This document shows, one piece after another, positions 1 to 11,075 of a DNA stretch of 64,000 bases. The notes below the pieces were generated by a model, which worked only from the letters and a program-made list of their open reading frames with translations, made no database searches and was not told the DNA's origin. This DNA is from Macrostomum hystrix (taxonomy: Eukaryota; Animalia; Platyhelminthes). Numbering within the stretch: position 1 is the stretch's first letter; each line of letters opens with the position of its first letter. The stretch spans positions 15,624,001 to 15,688,000 of the forward strand of contig CATNEN010000003.1 of NCBI GenBank assembly GCA_950097015.1. The letters run 5' to 3'. The translations under genes were made by a program, and so were the position numbers.

Positions 1-3000
1 TTCATTTGGTTCACACCCATTATTTTTTTCTGAATTTTGCCAGTAGTGTGGCCATACCTTGGCAAGAAGTTCAACTGAGTCATGGAGGTGTGAGAGAAGT
101 TTACTTTGCTGACCCTCAGAAGTTGGCTGTTCTTTTTTGTTATCGCAAACTAATAGTTCAATATATTCCCAATCTTTCCAATCCAACTTTACTTTGCCAT
201 CATATGCCGTTTCAAATCGATCAATATACCCAAGCAAACTCCAACTTTGCGCCTGACAATTCAATGAACGAGAATGCCCTTTCTCTTTTTCAGGCAATCT
301 TTCGCTGGGGCAATTATAGGCAATCCCGAATTCTTTACTTAGTGGACTCGTCTCATCGTCTTTGTCCAAAGCTCGAGTCCGTCTTGACAACAGGGCCAGC
401 AAAGAAATTTTGAGCTGCTCGTCCCACCTTTGAGCTGGTTGCTGCTGACTGTCACCTTGCTGAGCTGGTTGCTGCTGACTGTCACCTTGCTGAGCTGGTT
501 GCTGCTGACTGTCACCTTGCTGAGCTGGTTGCTGCTGATTATCACCTTGCTGAGCTGGTTGCTGCTGACTGTCACCTTGCTGAGCTGGTTGCTGCTGCTG
601 ATGATCACCTTGCTGAGCTGGTTGCTGTTGATTGTCACCTTGTTGAGCTGGTTGCTGTTGATTGTCACCTTGCTGAGCTGGTTGCTGCTGAAGGTTGAGA
701 AGACTGTTGAGAGTTTGCTCTATGTCGTGGCATCCAGAATCTTCAACGAAGCGAACCACAGTGAAGCTTGGATACTTCTGAACTTCACAGGAACGTTTTT
801 GACAGCATTTTGAACCACCCTGCAGCTCATCACGCATATGCTTATCCTCAGTTAAATGCCTATCGAAGATGTGTTCTCTAAGCCAAGTTTTGTTGATGAT
901 GTCAGGTCCGTTCGAAAAAAACTCGGATCTTAAAGACTTAATCGCAGGCTGCTGTTGGTGACCTTGCTGTTGGGTCCACTCCACTTCACAATTTCGTTCG
1001 CAGCAACAGCAGGAAAAATTTTGTAGTAGTGCGACAACTTCTAGGAACTTCTGATGCTGATTCTGATGCTGATTCTGATTCTGGCTCTGATTCTGATTCT
1101 GATGCTGATTCTGATTCTGATTCTGATGCTGATTCAAAATGGACTTTAAGAGTGCCAGTAAAGTCTTCAGACGGTTAGTAAATTGCACTTTATTGCCTGT
1201 CAAAAGTTTTAGAAGTTGCTGCTGAAAGTTTTCTGCATGACATTGCGTCGTTTGCTCTCCTGTCGTGTCTGAAGATTCTGCGCGGTGAGGTTCAGGCTCT
1301 TCAAGCTTGGCAAAAATGACGAGTTCTACCGAAGTTTGAAAATTATTGGTCCCTTCTATCACAAACTTCTTAGACTCATTGTAAAAAAGTCGCTGCCACT
1401 GATCTTCCACTTTCAGAATGACATCAATTAATTCTTTTCTACTCTCAGTTCGAGAAGTCACGGCCATCAGTGGCTCTCCGAGCTGCTCATCCTTGCACAG
1501 CTCAGTCAGAGTTCTGCTCGCCACTTGACTTGGAGTTCTCACGAAGCGAACGACGGAGACGGCTCCTGCACTGCCGACGTCAACTTTGCGCGCATTTTGG
1601 AAACTCGGCCCTAAACACTTCTTCTGCAGTTTCTGAAGCTCCTGGAACGTTGTCCGCACTGGACGGAGGTTCACCGTGAAGATCTGGTCGTCTAGATTCG
1701 CTGGCCGAGCCGAGGACTTGGTGGTTTCTAGACTGCTCGCTTGAGCAGCAACTGATGATGGCGGCTGACTATCCAGAAGCTGCTGCAGCAGTCGGTTCTG
1801 TCTGCCTCTCTCAACAGCCAAAGCAAACTGCCTGCTCTTGCTTTGCACATGCTGCAGCAGGGCAGTGACCGGTCCTTGAAGCATTTTCTGGTCTCCGCCA
1901 CTTGACCCCATCGACTGCATCGAGTCGAGCAGTTCGCAGAGCAGGCTGTCCAGACTCCCAGGCAGGCAGGTGGGCTCCATCAGCCTCATCCAGTGCAGCG
2001 CCTGCACAACCGAATTGACGCAGTCGACTCCGTCATGAGCTCTGTCTCCCACGTCCTGCTTGAGAGCGCAGAAGCGCCTGTCGTGCCAGAACGGTGACAG
2101 GTGGTGGGCGCACACGTAGAGCTTGACTCGAGCTCGGGAGCAGGCCATGAGAGCGTTTGCGTGCTGTGCCCAGCTCATGGCCAAGTCCAGCCCAGCTGTG
2201 GCCTCTTCGTAGCCTCCGTAGCGGCTCTCGCAGTCGCAATTGGCGCCTTCTGCGAAGCGCTTTTCGAAGTATTCGAAATTCTCTGTAAATCCCAGCTGAT
2301 TGGGATACTGGGAGAAATTGCCGTGCAGGTAAATCACTACCGGATATTCACAGCCGACGGCATCTCTGACACGAACAACCCTCAGAGCCCGTGATTCGAC
2401 AACCTGGCCTTCTGAAAACTTCTGAAATAAAATTTGAGGAATTTTAGCAACTTTCATCTCCTCTGAATTCGGGGTCTTCTCACCTAGCTGCTGAGCATTA
2501 TTTTTGTCTTTCTCTACTTGATACCCGTCTTTTCGAACTTCAATTCTCATGTCCTCAAACTTCAAACAGATGGGTTCTTTTAGTTCTTTTAAGCGTGAGT
2601 ACACCGAGTTGCTTGTAAGCAGCACAACATCATTCAAACTCAAGTATCTGAGAATTGATCTACTCAGATGGTGATTCAATTGGAGCAAGAGGTCAGTGAT
2701 GTTGTGAAACTTGATTTCCTGAACTTGATAGCCGGGATACTGATGAGCCACTTGCACTTTTAGCGTGCTGGGAGCTTGAATTCCCTGTTGCCAATAGTCG
2801 GCAATGTTTTGGGTGTTCCGTGCGATGTGAAATAGCTGATCTTCTTTGAGCACTGGCTGGTGCTGTGTGAGCCGCTGTTTAATGTAGGACAGATCAGGGC
2901 TGACATCCTCTATGGGAGCAGTGCGGTCCTTTAAAATGAGTTCGTCACCTTCCCATGAATACTGAATGCCATGGGGTCTGTGCTGAGCAGTCAGCCAAGT

Positions 3001-5904
3001 GAATGATCGCTTTTCGGCTCTGAACAGCACAAACTGAAGCAGCGCTTTCCTGATGCACTGATGTTCCCTGCTGCAGAAAACTGGAAAGTCGTCAAGGAGT
3101 AAAGCTTTTTTCGTGTACACTTTTTTAAGGAAGTCAAGAAGTGGTGGCACGAACTCATCTGTGAGCTGATCTTCCACATTGTAATCGATGCCACCAGAGT
3201 TTATGGTTCTCAATTTATTGTCATTTATAATTTCTAAAGTCATACGGAAAAGTTTCTTCGCTTCCTCCTTTAACTGATAATTTATGCCCTTAGAATCACT
3301 GTCAGTTATTAAGATATCAAGCGCCTCATTTACTCTTTTATCAATCGCATCTTCCATCTCTCGCTTATTTTTGGCATCGTTTTCTGCATTGGTCAGTTTT
3401 TCTTTATCAGACATAAATGCCTCACTTTGAAGCTTTGAGCAGAGCTCCAATTCTCTTAGAAACAGGCTCCAATTCATGCAAGTAATCCTTGCTCTCGCAG
3501 TCTTCATGAATTCTTTGTAATTTTTGTCATTGTTCTTTGAAAGCAAGAGGCAGCATGACCGAGTATGGTCGTCTGTAATTGTCTTCCTCAGCTCATCGAA
3601 ATTAGCAATTCCTTTTTTTCTTATTTTCTCATTTTTTCGTACCTCATTGAGACGATGGCATTCTCCAAACAGGAGCACTGGGCGAGTTGAGTTTTCCAAC
3701 TCTTTAACAAGGCCATTGAATTTATCAGTTTCTAGTTCATCGACGACTTTAGGGATCAGCAATTTGTTCCAGAATTCGTCAAAGTCGTTGAGAACATCCT
3801 CAGATGCCACCAGCAGGCATTCTTTGCCGTCCAGAGCTCTCTCAATGGCAGTCTGGAACAGCACTGTGGTCTTTCCTGTGCCTGGATATCCGCTGATCAG
3901 CAGGCACTGCTCAGAATTGCTCAGGACTTCCTTCTGTTCCTGCGAGAAGAACACGTGGCCTTCGATGTTTTGGGTGTTCCGTGCGATGTGAAATAGCTGA
4001 ACTTCTTTGAGCACTGGCTGGTGCTGTGTGAGCCGCTGTTTAATGTAGGACAGATCAGGGCTGACATCCTCTATGGGAGCAGTGCGGTCCTTTAAAATGA
4101 GTTCGTCACCTTCCCATGGATACTGAATGCCATGGGGTCTGTGCTGAGCAGTCAGCCAAGTGAATGATCGCTTTTCGGCTCTGAACAGCACAAACTGAAG
4201 CAGCGCTTCCCTGATGCACTGATGTTCCCTGCTGCAGAAAACTGGAAAGTCGTCAAGGAGTAAAGCTTTTTTCGTGTACACTTTTTTAAGGAAGTTAAGA
4301 AGTGGTCGCACGAACTCATCTGTGAGCTGATCTACCACATTGTATGCGAAGTCACCAGAGTTTATGGTTCTCAATTCATTGCCCCTTTCTATAATTTTTG
4401 AAATCCTTTGGCCAAGTTCCTCAGTCGCTGTTCGCGCCGTTCTTACTCTTTCGTGAGATGTTTCATCGTTAGTACAAACTCGATATTTTTGATAGTCAGT
4501 GGCTTCCTTCAATTCTATTAGAAACGTGCTCCAATTCATGCAAGTAATCCTTGCTCTCGCAGTCTCCATGAATTTTTTGTCATTTTTCTTTGAAAGCAAG
4601 AGGCAGCGTGACCGAGTATGGTCGTCTGTAATTGTCTTCCTCAGCTCATCGAAATTATCAATTTCTTCACTTTCAATTTTCTCATTTTTTCGTACCTCAT
4701 TGAGACGATGGCATTCTCCAAACAGGAGCACTGGGCGAGTTGAGTTTTCCAACTCTTTAACAATACTATCGAATTTATCAATTTCTAATTCATCGACGAC
4801 TATAGGGATCAGCAAAGTGTTCCAGAATGCGTCAAAGTCGTTGAGAACATCCTCAGATGCCACCAGCAGGCATTCTTTGCCGCCCAGAGCTCTCTCAATG
4901 GCAGTCTGGAACAGCACTGTGGTCTTTCCTGTGCCTGGATATCCGCTGATCAGCAGGCACTGCTCAGAACTGCTCAGGACTTTCTTCTGTTCCTGCGAGA
5001 AGAACACGTGGCCCTTGAAGTCTTTCAGGCTTTTCTTATCTCTGAGTCCCAAAATCTTCTTTGTCCACAGCTCCTGCCTCCAGAGCAGGTCGTTGAGGAA
5101 CTCGATGTGCTTGGCGTTTGAGTAGTGGTGCTCAGGACGGGAAAACACCAGCAGCTTGACCAGATCGATAAATTTTTGCCCAGAAGGACTCAAAAGGCCA
5201 GGTTTAGCATCGTTGGAGAGCTGAAAGAAGTTATTCAAGTGGCTGGTTCCTTCTTCTGAACCTTTAAACTGTCCGTCTTCTGGTATTGGGACAAACCTAA
5301 GCTGAAACTCATCTTCATTGTTTGACTTATTGTATTTAGCCATGATTTTGTGAAACTTCAAGTTTTCTCGTTCGCCTTCTGTGATATTCAAGTGATTGAA
5401 TATTTTTTTATCTATCCAATCAAAAGTTGCCTTGAATTGTTCAGAAGCATCTGCCTTTGAATTTCCCGCCTTGCACTCAATCAGCAGGATTCCTTCGCTG
5501 TACAGGCACACAAAGTCGCAGTTTTTCCCTTCTGGTCTCAATGTTTCATCCATTTGGGATGTTGTTGTTGTCTTTGTTGTTTTATCCCTATGGGAATAAA
5601 CCTGGGCATCAACTTTGTGCAATGCGATTCCAAACGATTCGATTGACTGCAGGTGCTTAAACACCTCCAGCTCCAAACGGTCCCCGAGCCGTTGATCATT
5701 TTCATCCTTACTAGCAGAGTCTTCTCCGTAAGCTTTGTACTCAGGAATGAATGTGGGTGGCACCATCAGCATGCAAGGCTTCGGCTCCTGACTGTCTGCT
5801 TGCTGCCGCTGCGAAGCCTTTTGACTCCACCGCTTCCTGCACTGCTCAATGTGTTCTTCGACCTCCTCCTTGCCGGCATCGCTGCCTCCGCTGTTCTCGG
5901 CCAT
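1..5904 (-). CDS. Copy A of the NERD nuclease-SF1 helicase-USP-like gene, with a tandemly duplicated P-loop domain; 3' end runs off the window
   Basis: Reverse complement is near-identical to ~13410-18287. ATG at 5904-5902 (MAENSGGS...) is in the same frame as the codons at position 1 (..GCEPNE). The ORF track lists no stop-terminated ORF in this frame, so it appears open for >1960 codons. Walker A GYPGTGKT occurs twice (~4930 and ~3880). Confidence 0.85.
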   Translation of the reverse strand, partial: MAENSGGSDAGKEEVEEHIEQCRKRWSQKASQRQQADSQEPKPCMLMVPPTFIPEYKAYGEDSASKDENDQRLGDRLELEVFKHLQSIESFGIALHKVDAQVYSHRDKTTKTTTTSQMDETLRPEGKNCDFVCLYSEGILLIECKAGNSKADASEQFKATFDWIDKKIFNHLNITEGERENLKFHKIMAKYNKSNNEDEFQLRFVPIPEDGQFKGSEEGTSHLNNFFQLSNDAKPGLLSPSGQKFIDLVKLLVFSRPEHHYSNAKHIEFLNDLLWRQELWTKKILGLRDKKSLKDFKGHVFFSQEQKKVLSSSEQCLLISGYPGTGKTTVLFQTAIERALGGKECLLVASEDVLNDFDAFWNTLLIPIVVDELEIDKFDSIVKELENSTRPVLLFGECHRLNEVRKNEKIESEEIDNFDELRKTITDDHTRSRCLLLSKKNDKKFMETARARITCMNWSTFLIELKEATDYQKYRVCTNDETSHERVRTARTATEELGQRISKIIERGNELRTINSGDFAYNVVDQLTDEFVRPLLNFLKKVYTKKALLLDDFPVFCSREHQCIREALLQFVLFRAEKRSFTWLTAQHRPHGIQYPWEGDELILKDRTAPIEDVSPDLSYIKQRLTQHQPVLKEVQLFHIARNTQNIEGHVFFSQEQKEVLSNSEQCLLISGYPGTGKTTVLFQTAIERALDGKECLLVASEDVLNDFDEFWNKLLIPKVVDELETDKFNGLVKELENSTRPVLLFGECHRLNEVRKNEKIRKKGIANFDELRKTITDDHTRSCCLLLSKNNDKNYKEFMKTARARITCMNWSLFLRELELCSKLQSEAFMSDKEKLTNAENDAKNKREMEDAIDKRVNEALDILITDSDSKGINYQLKEEAKKLFRMTLEIINDNKLRTINSGGIDYNVEDQLTDEFVPPLLDFLKKVYTKKALLLDDFPVFCSREHQCIRKALLQFVLFRAEKRSFTWLTAQHRPHGIQYSWEGDELILKDRTAPIEDVSPDLSYIKQRLTQHQPVLKEDQLFHIARNTQNIADYWQQGIQAPSTLKVQVAHQYPGYQVQEIKFHNITDLLLQLNHHLSRSILRYLSLNDVVLLTSNSVYSRLKELKEPICLKFEDMRIEVRKDGYQVEKDKNNAQQLGEKTPNSEEMKVAKIPQILFQKFSEGQVVESRALRVVRVRDAVGCEYPVVIYLHGNFSQYPNQLGFTENFEYFEKRFAEGANCDCESRYGGYEEATAGLDLAMSWAQHANALMACSRARVKLYVCAHHLSPFWHDRRFCALKQDVGDRAHDGVDCVNSVVQALHWMRLMEPTCLPGSLDSLLCELLDSMQSMGSSGGDQKMLQGPVTALLQHVQSKSRQFALAVERGRQNRLLQQLLDSQPPSSVAAQASSLETTKSSARPANLDDQIFTVNLRPVRTTFQELQKLQKKCLGPSFQNARKVDVGSAGAVSVVRFVRTPSQVASRTLTELCKDEQLGEPLMAVTSRTESRKELIDVILKVEDQWQRLFYNESKKFVIEGTNNFQTSVELVIFAKLEEPEPHRAESSDTTGEQTTQCHAENFQQQLLKLLTGNKVQFTNRLKTLLALLKSILNQHQNQNQNQHQNQNQSQNQNQHQNQHQKFLEVVALLQNFSCCCCERNCEVEWTQQQGHQQQPAIKSLRSEFFSNGPDIINKTWLREHIFDRHLTEDKHMRDELQGGSKCCQKRSCEVQKYPSFTVVRFVEDSGCHDIEQTLNSLLNLQQQPAQQGDNQQQPAQQGDNQQQPAQQGDHQQQQPAQQGDSQQQPAQQGDNQQQPAQQGDSQQQPAQQGDSQQQPAQQGDSQQQPAQRWDEQLKISLLALLSRRTRALDKDDETSPLSKEFGIAYNCPSERLPEKEKGHSRSLNCQAQSWSLLGYIDRFETAYDGKVKLDWKDWEYIELLVCDNKKEQPTSEGQQSKLLSHLHDSVELLAKVWPHYWQNSEKNNGCEPNE
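431..690 (-). repeat. Coding 30-bp minisatellite (QQQPAQQGD[S/N/H]), 8 full units plus a partial, inside copy A
   Basis: tgagctggttgctgctgactgtcaccttgc repeated 9 times. Confidence 0.95.
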
Positions 5905-6244
5905 TTGGCAGCTGCTGGAAGCGTCGCTACCAACGGCTGGGCGGGATCAAGCGCTGCAACCGGGAATCGGGTTGATATTTAGCGTCAGCACATGTGACAC
6001 TTTGGTTAGTCACTCACGCACTCACTGGTTGGTCAGTCACTTTGGTTATCTGAACCTTTGATTTCATAAATAGCCTATAGAGTAGAAAAATACGAGTCTG
6101 CTAGGTTCTGTAAAAAAACTACCTAGGCCACACACTTTCTTCTGGGTTTTAAACTCAATGAGCGTTTAAACTAAACTCAATGTCTCAAGCTATAACGCCT
6201 AAAGGGATTTTAGCTTCAATATTCAGGTTCAATGATTAGCTTCA

Positions 6245-6800
6245 ATGATTTCTAGAGATGATCGCAGTAGAGTGTTGTGGACTGGGGCGGACGTCACTAG
6301 GATGGATGTGAAGCTAACCGGAATCGAGCTGTATTTGGATGTCATTGAGCAAAAGACCGCACTAAAAGCTGATTATCTCAAGGCAACAGAGATGGACATT
6401 GATGTTGCATACGGCCTACGTGTGTCGAGATGAACGAAACGAAACTAGAACAAACATCTGCATTAAAGATTGATCATGCAGCAATCCAAGGTATATTATT
6501 ATTTACATGAGAAACCCGAATACTTTTATACATTACATGCATGGAAACGTGAAACATGGAAACATGGTCCATTCAGCATGAAATCAGTGATAATCTTTAC
6601 CCTGCACTGCCACAAAATGGAGATTTCAGTCAGAACAAGATTAGCAAATTTTACAGTGAGTTGGTCGACTTGGCTGTGAAAGAGAACAATGGAATTGCTA
6701 TCACAGCTCTGCAATATGGAACTCTTTATCCGATGTTTGGCACCGATGTGTCTGCCAGACAAATGCCTACTGATAACAGCACTGTGAATATCGTGAATAT
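6245..6800 (+). pseudogene. Decayed C-terminal half of a Polinton/adintovirus-like double-jelly-roll major capsid protein
   Basis: Frameshifted pieces read ..VKLTGIELYLDVIEQ..DIDVAY.. / ..SNPRYIIIYMR.. / ..NLYPALPQNGDFSQNKISKFYSEL..YGTLYPMFGTDVSARQ..NSTVNIV. These match the remembered DJR capsid pattern PR(Y)II..; YP....F..N..S+.Y; Y.TLYP+F.FDVS.Q. Recognised by eye only. Confidence 0.65.
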
Positions 6801-7325
6801 CGTTAACGTCATCCTTATGCTCCTCAACAATGAATTGATTGATGGAATCTATAAAACCTCTCAGATGGTGATTCTGGCTGCAGTTGCATTAAACATTTTG
6901 TCTACAAATATATTATTATAGAAGTGTTAAAAAGCAGCTGAAAGTCAGAGAAAATGGTTTAAAGTAAGTCAGGATTTACTTACGAAGATACGATGCAAAT
7001 TCGAGTGTCCACTAAAAACAAATTTCTCCTATATCTCTTTCCCTCAGCAGTCTGCCTATTTCTTTATTTGGAGCGTGCAAGACAAACCCCCTCCCTACTG
7101 ATCTCTCTTCTCCCAACTTTAGCTTACCAAAAGTGAACTGAATTTTCTTGAATCATTCTGCTCTCTCAACCCCAGCTCTTTCAGCAGAACTCCAAGTTCT
7201 CTACTTGGAGCATGCAATACAAAGCCCACTCCAACCCCAACTTTGTCTTACCAAAAATAACAGCTTTAACTAGCTTCCCAGCGATCGATTCCCTCCACCC
7301 ACTTGAAGTCCCCATATTGTCTAGT
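6565..7325. repeat. Left arm of a ~760 bp near-perfect inverted repeat (partner 10970-11735)
   Basis: Reciprocal ORF pairs 6556..6921(+)/11375..11734(-) and 7212..7406(+)/10871..11083(-) are almost identical. Confidence 0.95.
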
Positions 7326-7899
7326 CTCCCAATTTCTTTCTTTCTTTCTTTTTTTAATGTGGCATTCCAAAGACACTTAAGTAATATTCAAAAACAGACG
7401 CTTTAGTGTTCATGTAAACTAACTATAAGACTTAGAAATCTGAAGGGAATTCAAGAGAGCTCTAGGATAAAACTAGGCTAAAAGGATCAACAGCAGAGAG
7501 GGCAAACAACTGAAAGGAGAAAGATTAGACAAAGATTCGCCCCGAGTTCACCTATTCATTTCAGAGCAAACCCGGTCCGGCATGGCCGCAGCTGTGCTGA
7601 CGTGGAGCCGCCTGATATCGACCCGCAGCTGTGCTGACGTGGAACTGCCGGAATCGACCCGGCTCGGCCTGTCCAGACCCGCAGCTGCCTGCATCGACCC
7701 AGCCCTGCCTGAAATCGGAGCAGCCCGGACCCGATCTGGAACGAGATCTGGAGGAGGCCGGGACCGCACAAGAAGACTGGATCGATGAAGGGGAAGGGGA
7801 TAATGAACAGTAGGAAAGAGGTCTCGGTAGAAGCGGAAACGCTTCCTAACTCAACTAAGGCGTTTTTAGGACTTTTCCCCACCCCCGTAGAAAAGGGGT

Positions 7900-8687
7900 T
7901 GTGTGCCTGCCAACCAACTAGTCCAGGGGTCGGCAAACTCCGGCTCGCGGGCCAGATGCGGCCCTCGAAGCTCCCAAATCCGGCCCGTTGCCCCTTCTGA
8001 CATCTACAGTGTCCTGTTTAATCTCTCCCGTGTCTAATCTCTCCTGTGTCTCATCGCTCTCGTGTCTAATCTCTCCTGTGTCTCATCTCTCCCGTGTCTA
8101 ATCTCTCCTGTGTCTCATCGCTCTCGTGTCTTATCTCTCCCGTGTCGAATCTCTCCTGTGTCTAATCTCTCCCCTGTCTTATCTCTCCCGTGTCCAATCT
8201 CTCCCCTGTCTTATCTCTCCCGTGTCTAATCTCTCCCCTGTCTTATCTCTCCCGTGTCTAATCTCTCCCTGTCTTATCTCTCCCGTGTCTAATCTCTCCC
8301 GTGTCTCATCTCTCCCCTATCTCATATTTATACAGTCAATGCGGCCCGCTGTCGTCTTTTAGGTTCTTTCTTTGGCCCGCCAGCAAATAAGTTTGCCTAC
8401 CCCTGAACTAGTCTAATGATAATGACTGTACTAGACTCGAGGCTGCGACCTCACTCACCTCAAATTCTCATGCGTACTGTTGCTACGGTATTGTCTTCTC
8501 CTCGGAACGAGGGGTTTCGAGGGCATTATATAAGGCGGAGCGGAGCGCGGAAAAATGGACCGCCGTGATTTTGATAGAGATTTAGCTTTGAGCTCCGTTA
8601 AGTTAACTAATTAGAAAACTAACTGTGTTTGTGTTCTCTCTTGATCTGATCCCGAGGTAAGGATCCGGACGAGGATTGCTACCGACA
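7900..8687 (+). mobile_element. Possible LTR remnant, interrupted by the hAT MITE, preceded by GC-rich internal sequence (~7500-7890)
   Basis: Purine tract agaaaagggg directly before TGTGTG.. at ~7900, TATATAA at ~8527, candidate end ..ACCGACA at 8687. No partner LTR in the window. Confidence 0.3.
7924..8405. mobile_element. Non-autonomous hAT (Charlie/SPIN-like) MITE with an internal 19-20 bp minisatellite
   Basis: TIRs CAGGGGTCGGCAAACT / AGTTTGCCTACCCCTG (15/16 match), subterminal GCGGGCC/GGCCCGC motifs, perfect 8-bp TSD AACTAGTC (7916-7923 and 8406-8413), internal (tgtctaatctctccc)n at ~8020-8325. Confidence 0.92.
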
Positions 8688-10207
8688 GCCAGGATACTGA
8701 GACTCGATAGTCGTTAGTAGTTATAGCCTTCAAGCCATGACTGCCACAAACCGCTAGACTACATAAACGAAAATACCAAAACAGAGACAGAATCTTGAAG
8801 CGCTATACTAACAGAAATAGTTAGTTTTTGCTTTTGCTAAACTTAACGAGACAGAGAGTTCCAAATGTGCCGCGCAATAGCTACCATTGAGTTTCTAGAG
8901 ATAGAGCAAGGCATTAGAACTAAAATCAGCAAAGATAGTCAGCTCAAAGTGACTCACTGCTCACAAGCTGCTCACGGGCAGCGGCATGGAGTTCACTTTT
9001 GGTGGCTGCATGGCAGGTCGCAAGGAGCTCAAGTTGACAGGCAGGTGTTTAAGCTGCTGCTTTGGGCTTTTCTGAGCCCTTTCTCAGCCCTGAGCATTTC
9101 GAGCCAGTTTTGGGTGGGGTATTAGGAAGCATGGGTCCTGCAGAATACCAGCATAGTGGAAAACCCGGTCTAGGATTCTCATGCCCCGCGATAGAGTAAA
9201 CACAATGCACCTGCATTTACTTGCAGATCTTTAGCTCCATATTGACTCTTGTTTGCATTTGCAGCCAGTCGTTTGCCTCAGCCAAGGAACTCTGAATGCA
9301 GTATCTGGAATGGAAACTCCCATTGGCAGCCATACACTGCACAGCTGGCTTTTTCTAGCCAAGAAAGCCTCACTACCCGAAGCCTCACTGCAAAATGGAA
9401 ATATAGTTAAAGCTTATTTTGCCCGTGCGCTAAGTAGAATCAAATATAGTATTAAATATGCTTGTACAGTAAAGTGAAGAGAAAATAGAAAATTAATATG
9501 ATGATCCATTCACATTGCTTTCGTAACATTAGCTGTATAGCAAATACAAATAGCAATAGCAAAAGAAAAATAGAAATTTCGTAGCAAACAGTAGTATGCG
9601 AAAGGGGCAATCTAGGACAAAAATTATCGCGGCCTCCATAATCCACAAACTATTAACTTTATTATTCTCGAAGAGATCAGGAAAAAAGGGTCCATGCCCC
9701 TCCAAAAATCAGTCTCCATGTTCTTAATTCTCTACTTTTAATATCCCAGGTCAGTTTGTAAGCTTCGTTCTGTAGTATTCTAGCACAAAAACTATCGCAG
9801 ATATGTCTCGGAGCCTCCCAGCCCTGCAAAAAGTGTGCCAAGACAATCAAATTGGCGCCAAAATCCCAATCTCCAAAACTCAATAGGGTGCTCATCCTCC
9901 GAAATACATATAATTCTCATTAAAAATGCTTCCAATCATCTCTCCAGGTTCTTATTACAAAGCACACGAGCCTCATTACAAGAGTAAGTACCAAACAAGA
10001 ATGCTGCGAGTACATGAGGAAATATTGGCCCGACCACACAATAACTGTCCCTAATATTAATCTAGCTCTCCAAAGACACTGGATTCTTAAGTATGGAGTA
10101 ACCTACGTGGAAGTTTACGGCAGCTACTATGACTTAGGCAATCGTAAATTGTTAGGCAACAAACCGCTTCTCACACTTAGCAGGGCCATGCTAACGACCC
10201 CCAAAAC

Positions 10208-10700
10208 TTAAGTGGCGGTCTGCGCCGTGGATTCCGCCTTATAAACTTTCTTCTCGAATCCCAATTCCCTATACCATGTGTCATCTTTAAACTCCACCTC
10301 AGCAACTTTGTGAACTTGCATGGCCACTCTCATTACAGTGATCATAGGATAGTTTGACAGGGAACAGTTTCGTCTCTGGCTTGCTCGCATTAGGTGTCTC
10401 AAAATGGCCTCTTTTAGTAAATACATTTTCTAGAAAGTAATTGTAGGTATCCACACTTTGCGTGCTCACAGGGAATACCACAGCTTCTGCTGCTGCACCT
10501 GTCCATTCGTATTAAAACTTACTATTTGCTGCCGTCACATTGGGAATGTTTGATCAACCAGTGAAGTCGTTAAGATAGACATGGTAATTAGCACCTGGAT
10601 CCAGGCGAATCGCCTGCTCTAATTTTTCAACAAATATCCCGTTTGAGTCAGTAATTTGCCTTGTTATTGTAATAGGAATGCTCTCCTTAGAGTGAGAAAT
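10208..10700 (-). pseudogene. Polinton/adintovirus-like minor capsid protein (penton) pseudogene
   Basis: Manual translation: ..IFVEKLEQAIRLDPGANYHVYLNDFTG*SNIPNVTAANSKF*YEWTG..VVFPVSTQSVDTYNYFL..(frameshift)..VEFKDDTWYRELGF. This fits the penton pattern PI.LD...Y.+.L..+...SIPN+...NNKF.Y ... LLGF. Two in-frame stops and one frameshift. Lies directly downstream of the capsid C-terminus. Confidence 0.65.
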
Positions 10701-10894
10701 AATATTATTTAGTCTTTCAGCAATCGCTTCCTTTCTTTCACCCCCCGAAAAAAATATTTAAACTTTACTGGATGAATTGTTGATCATGTTAAGCTTCACC
10801 TTCCTCTCAAACGCAAAGATGTACAGGTCCACGGGTGTTGTGACAGCCCTCTCAATGTTAGTCACGATATTCAATTATGAACTGAATGAAATGA

Positions 10895-11075
10895 GTCATC
10901 TCTGCGATCAACATTCAAGTGGTCTTTTCCAGAAGAGAAGACCCGCTGGGATAAAGAAATGCTGAGGAGACTACACAATATGGGGACTTCAAGTGGGTGG
11001 AGGGAATCGATCGCTGGGAAGCTAGTTAAAGCTGTTATTTTTGGTAAGACAAAGTTGGGGTTGGGGTGGGCTTTG
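10895..11075 (+). pseudogene. Possible viral-type phospholipase A2 C-terminal fragment (inverted copy at ~7225-7340)
   Basis: ..EKTRWDKEMLRRLHNMGTSSGWRESIAGKLVKAVIFGKTKLGLG resembles the AD+.L...RE...A.+V...+..K.KLG+G tail of Polinton/adintovirus PLA2 proteins. The catalytic HD motif is not clearly preserved. Confidence 0.35.

Noticed and set aside
6-5982. Many + strand ORFs (e.g. 430..813, 3524..3991, 4499..5125)
   Set aside because: Antisense shadows of the long minus-strand copy A
8940-9170. Exon-like segment on the minus strand with good splice signals (a similar one at 12425-12650)
   Set aside because: The 8940-9170 segment has stops in all three frames, and neither segment shows recognisable homology or a supportable gene model
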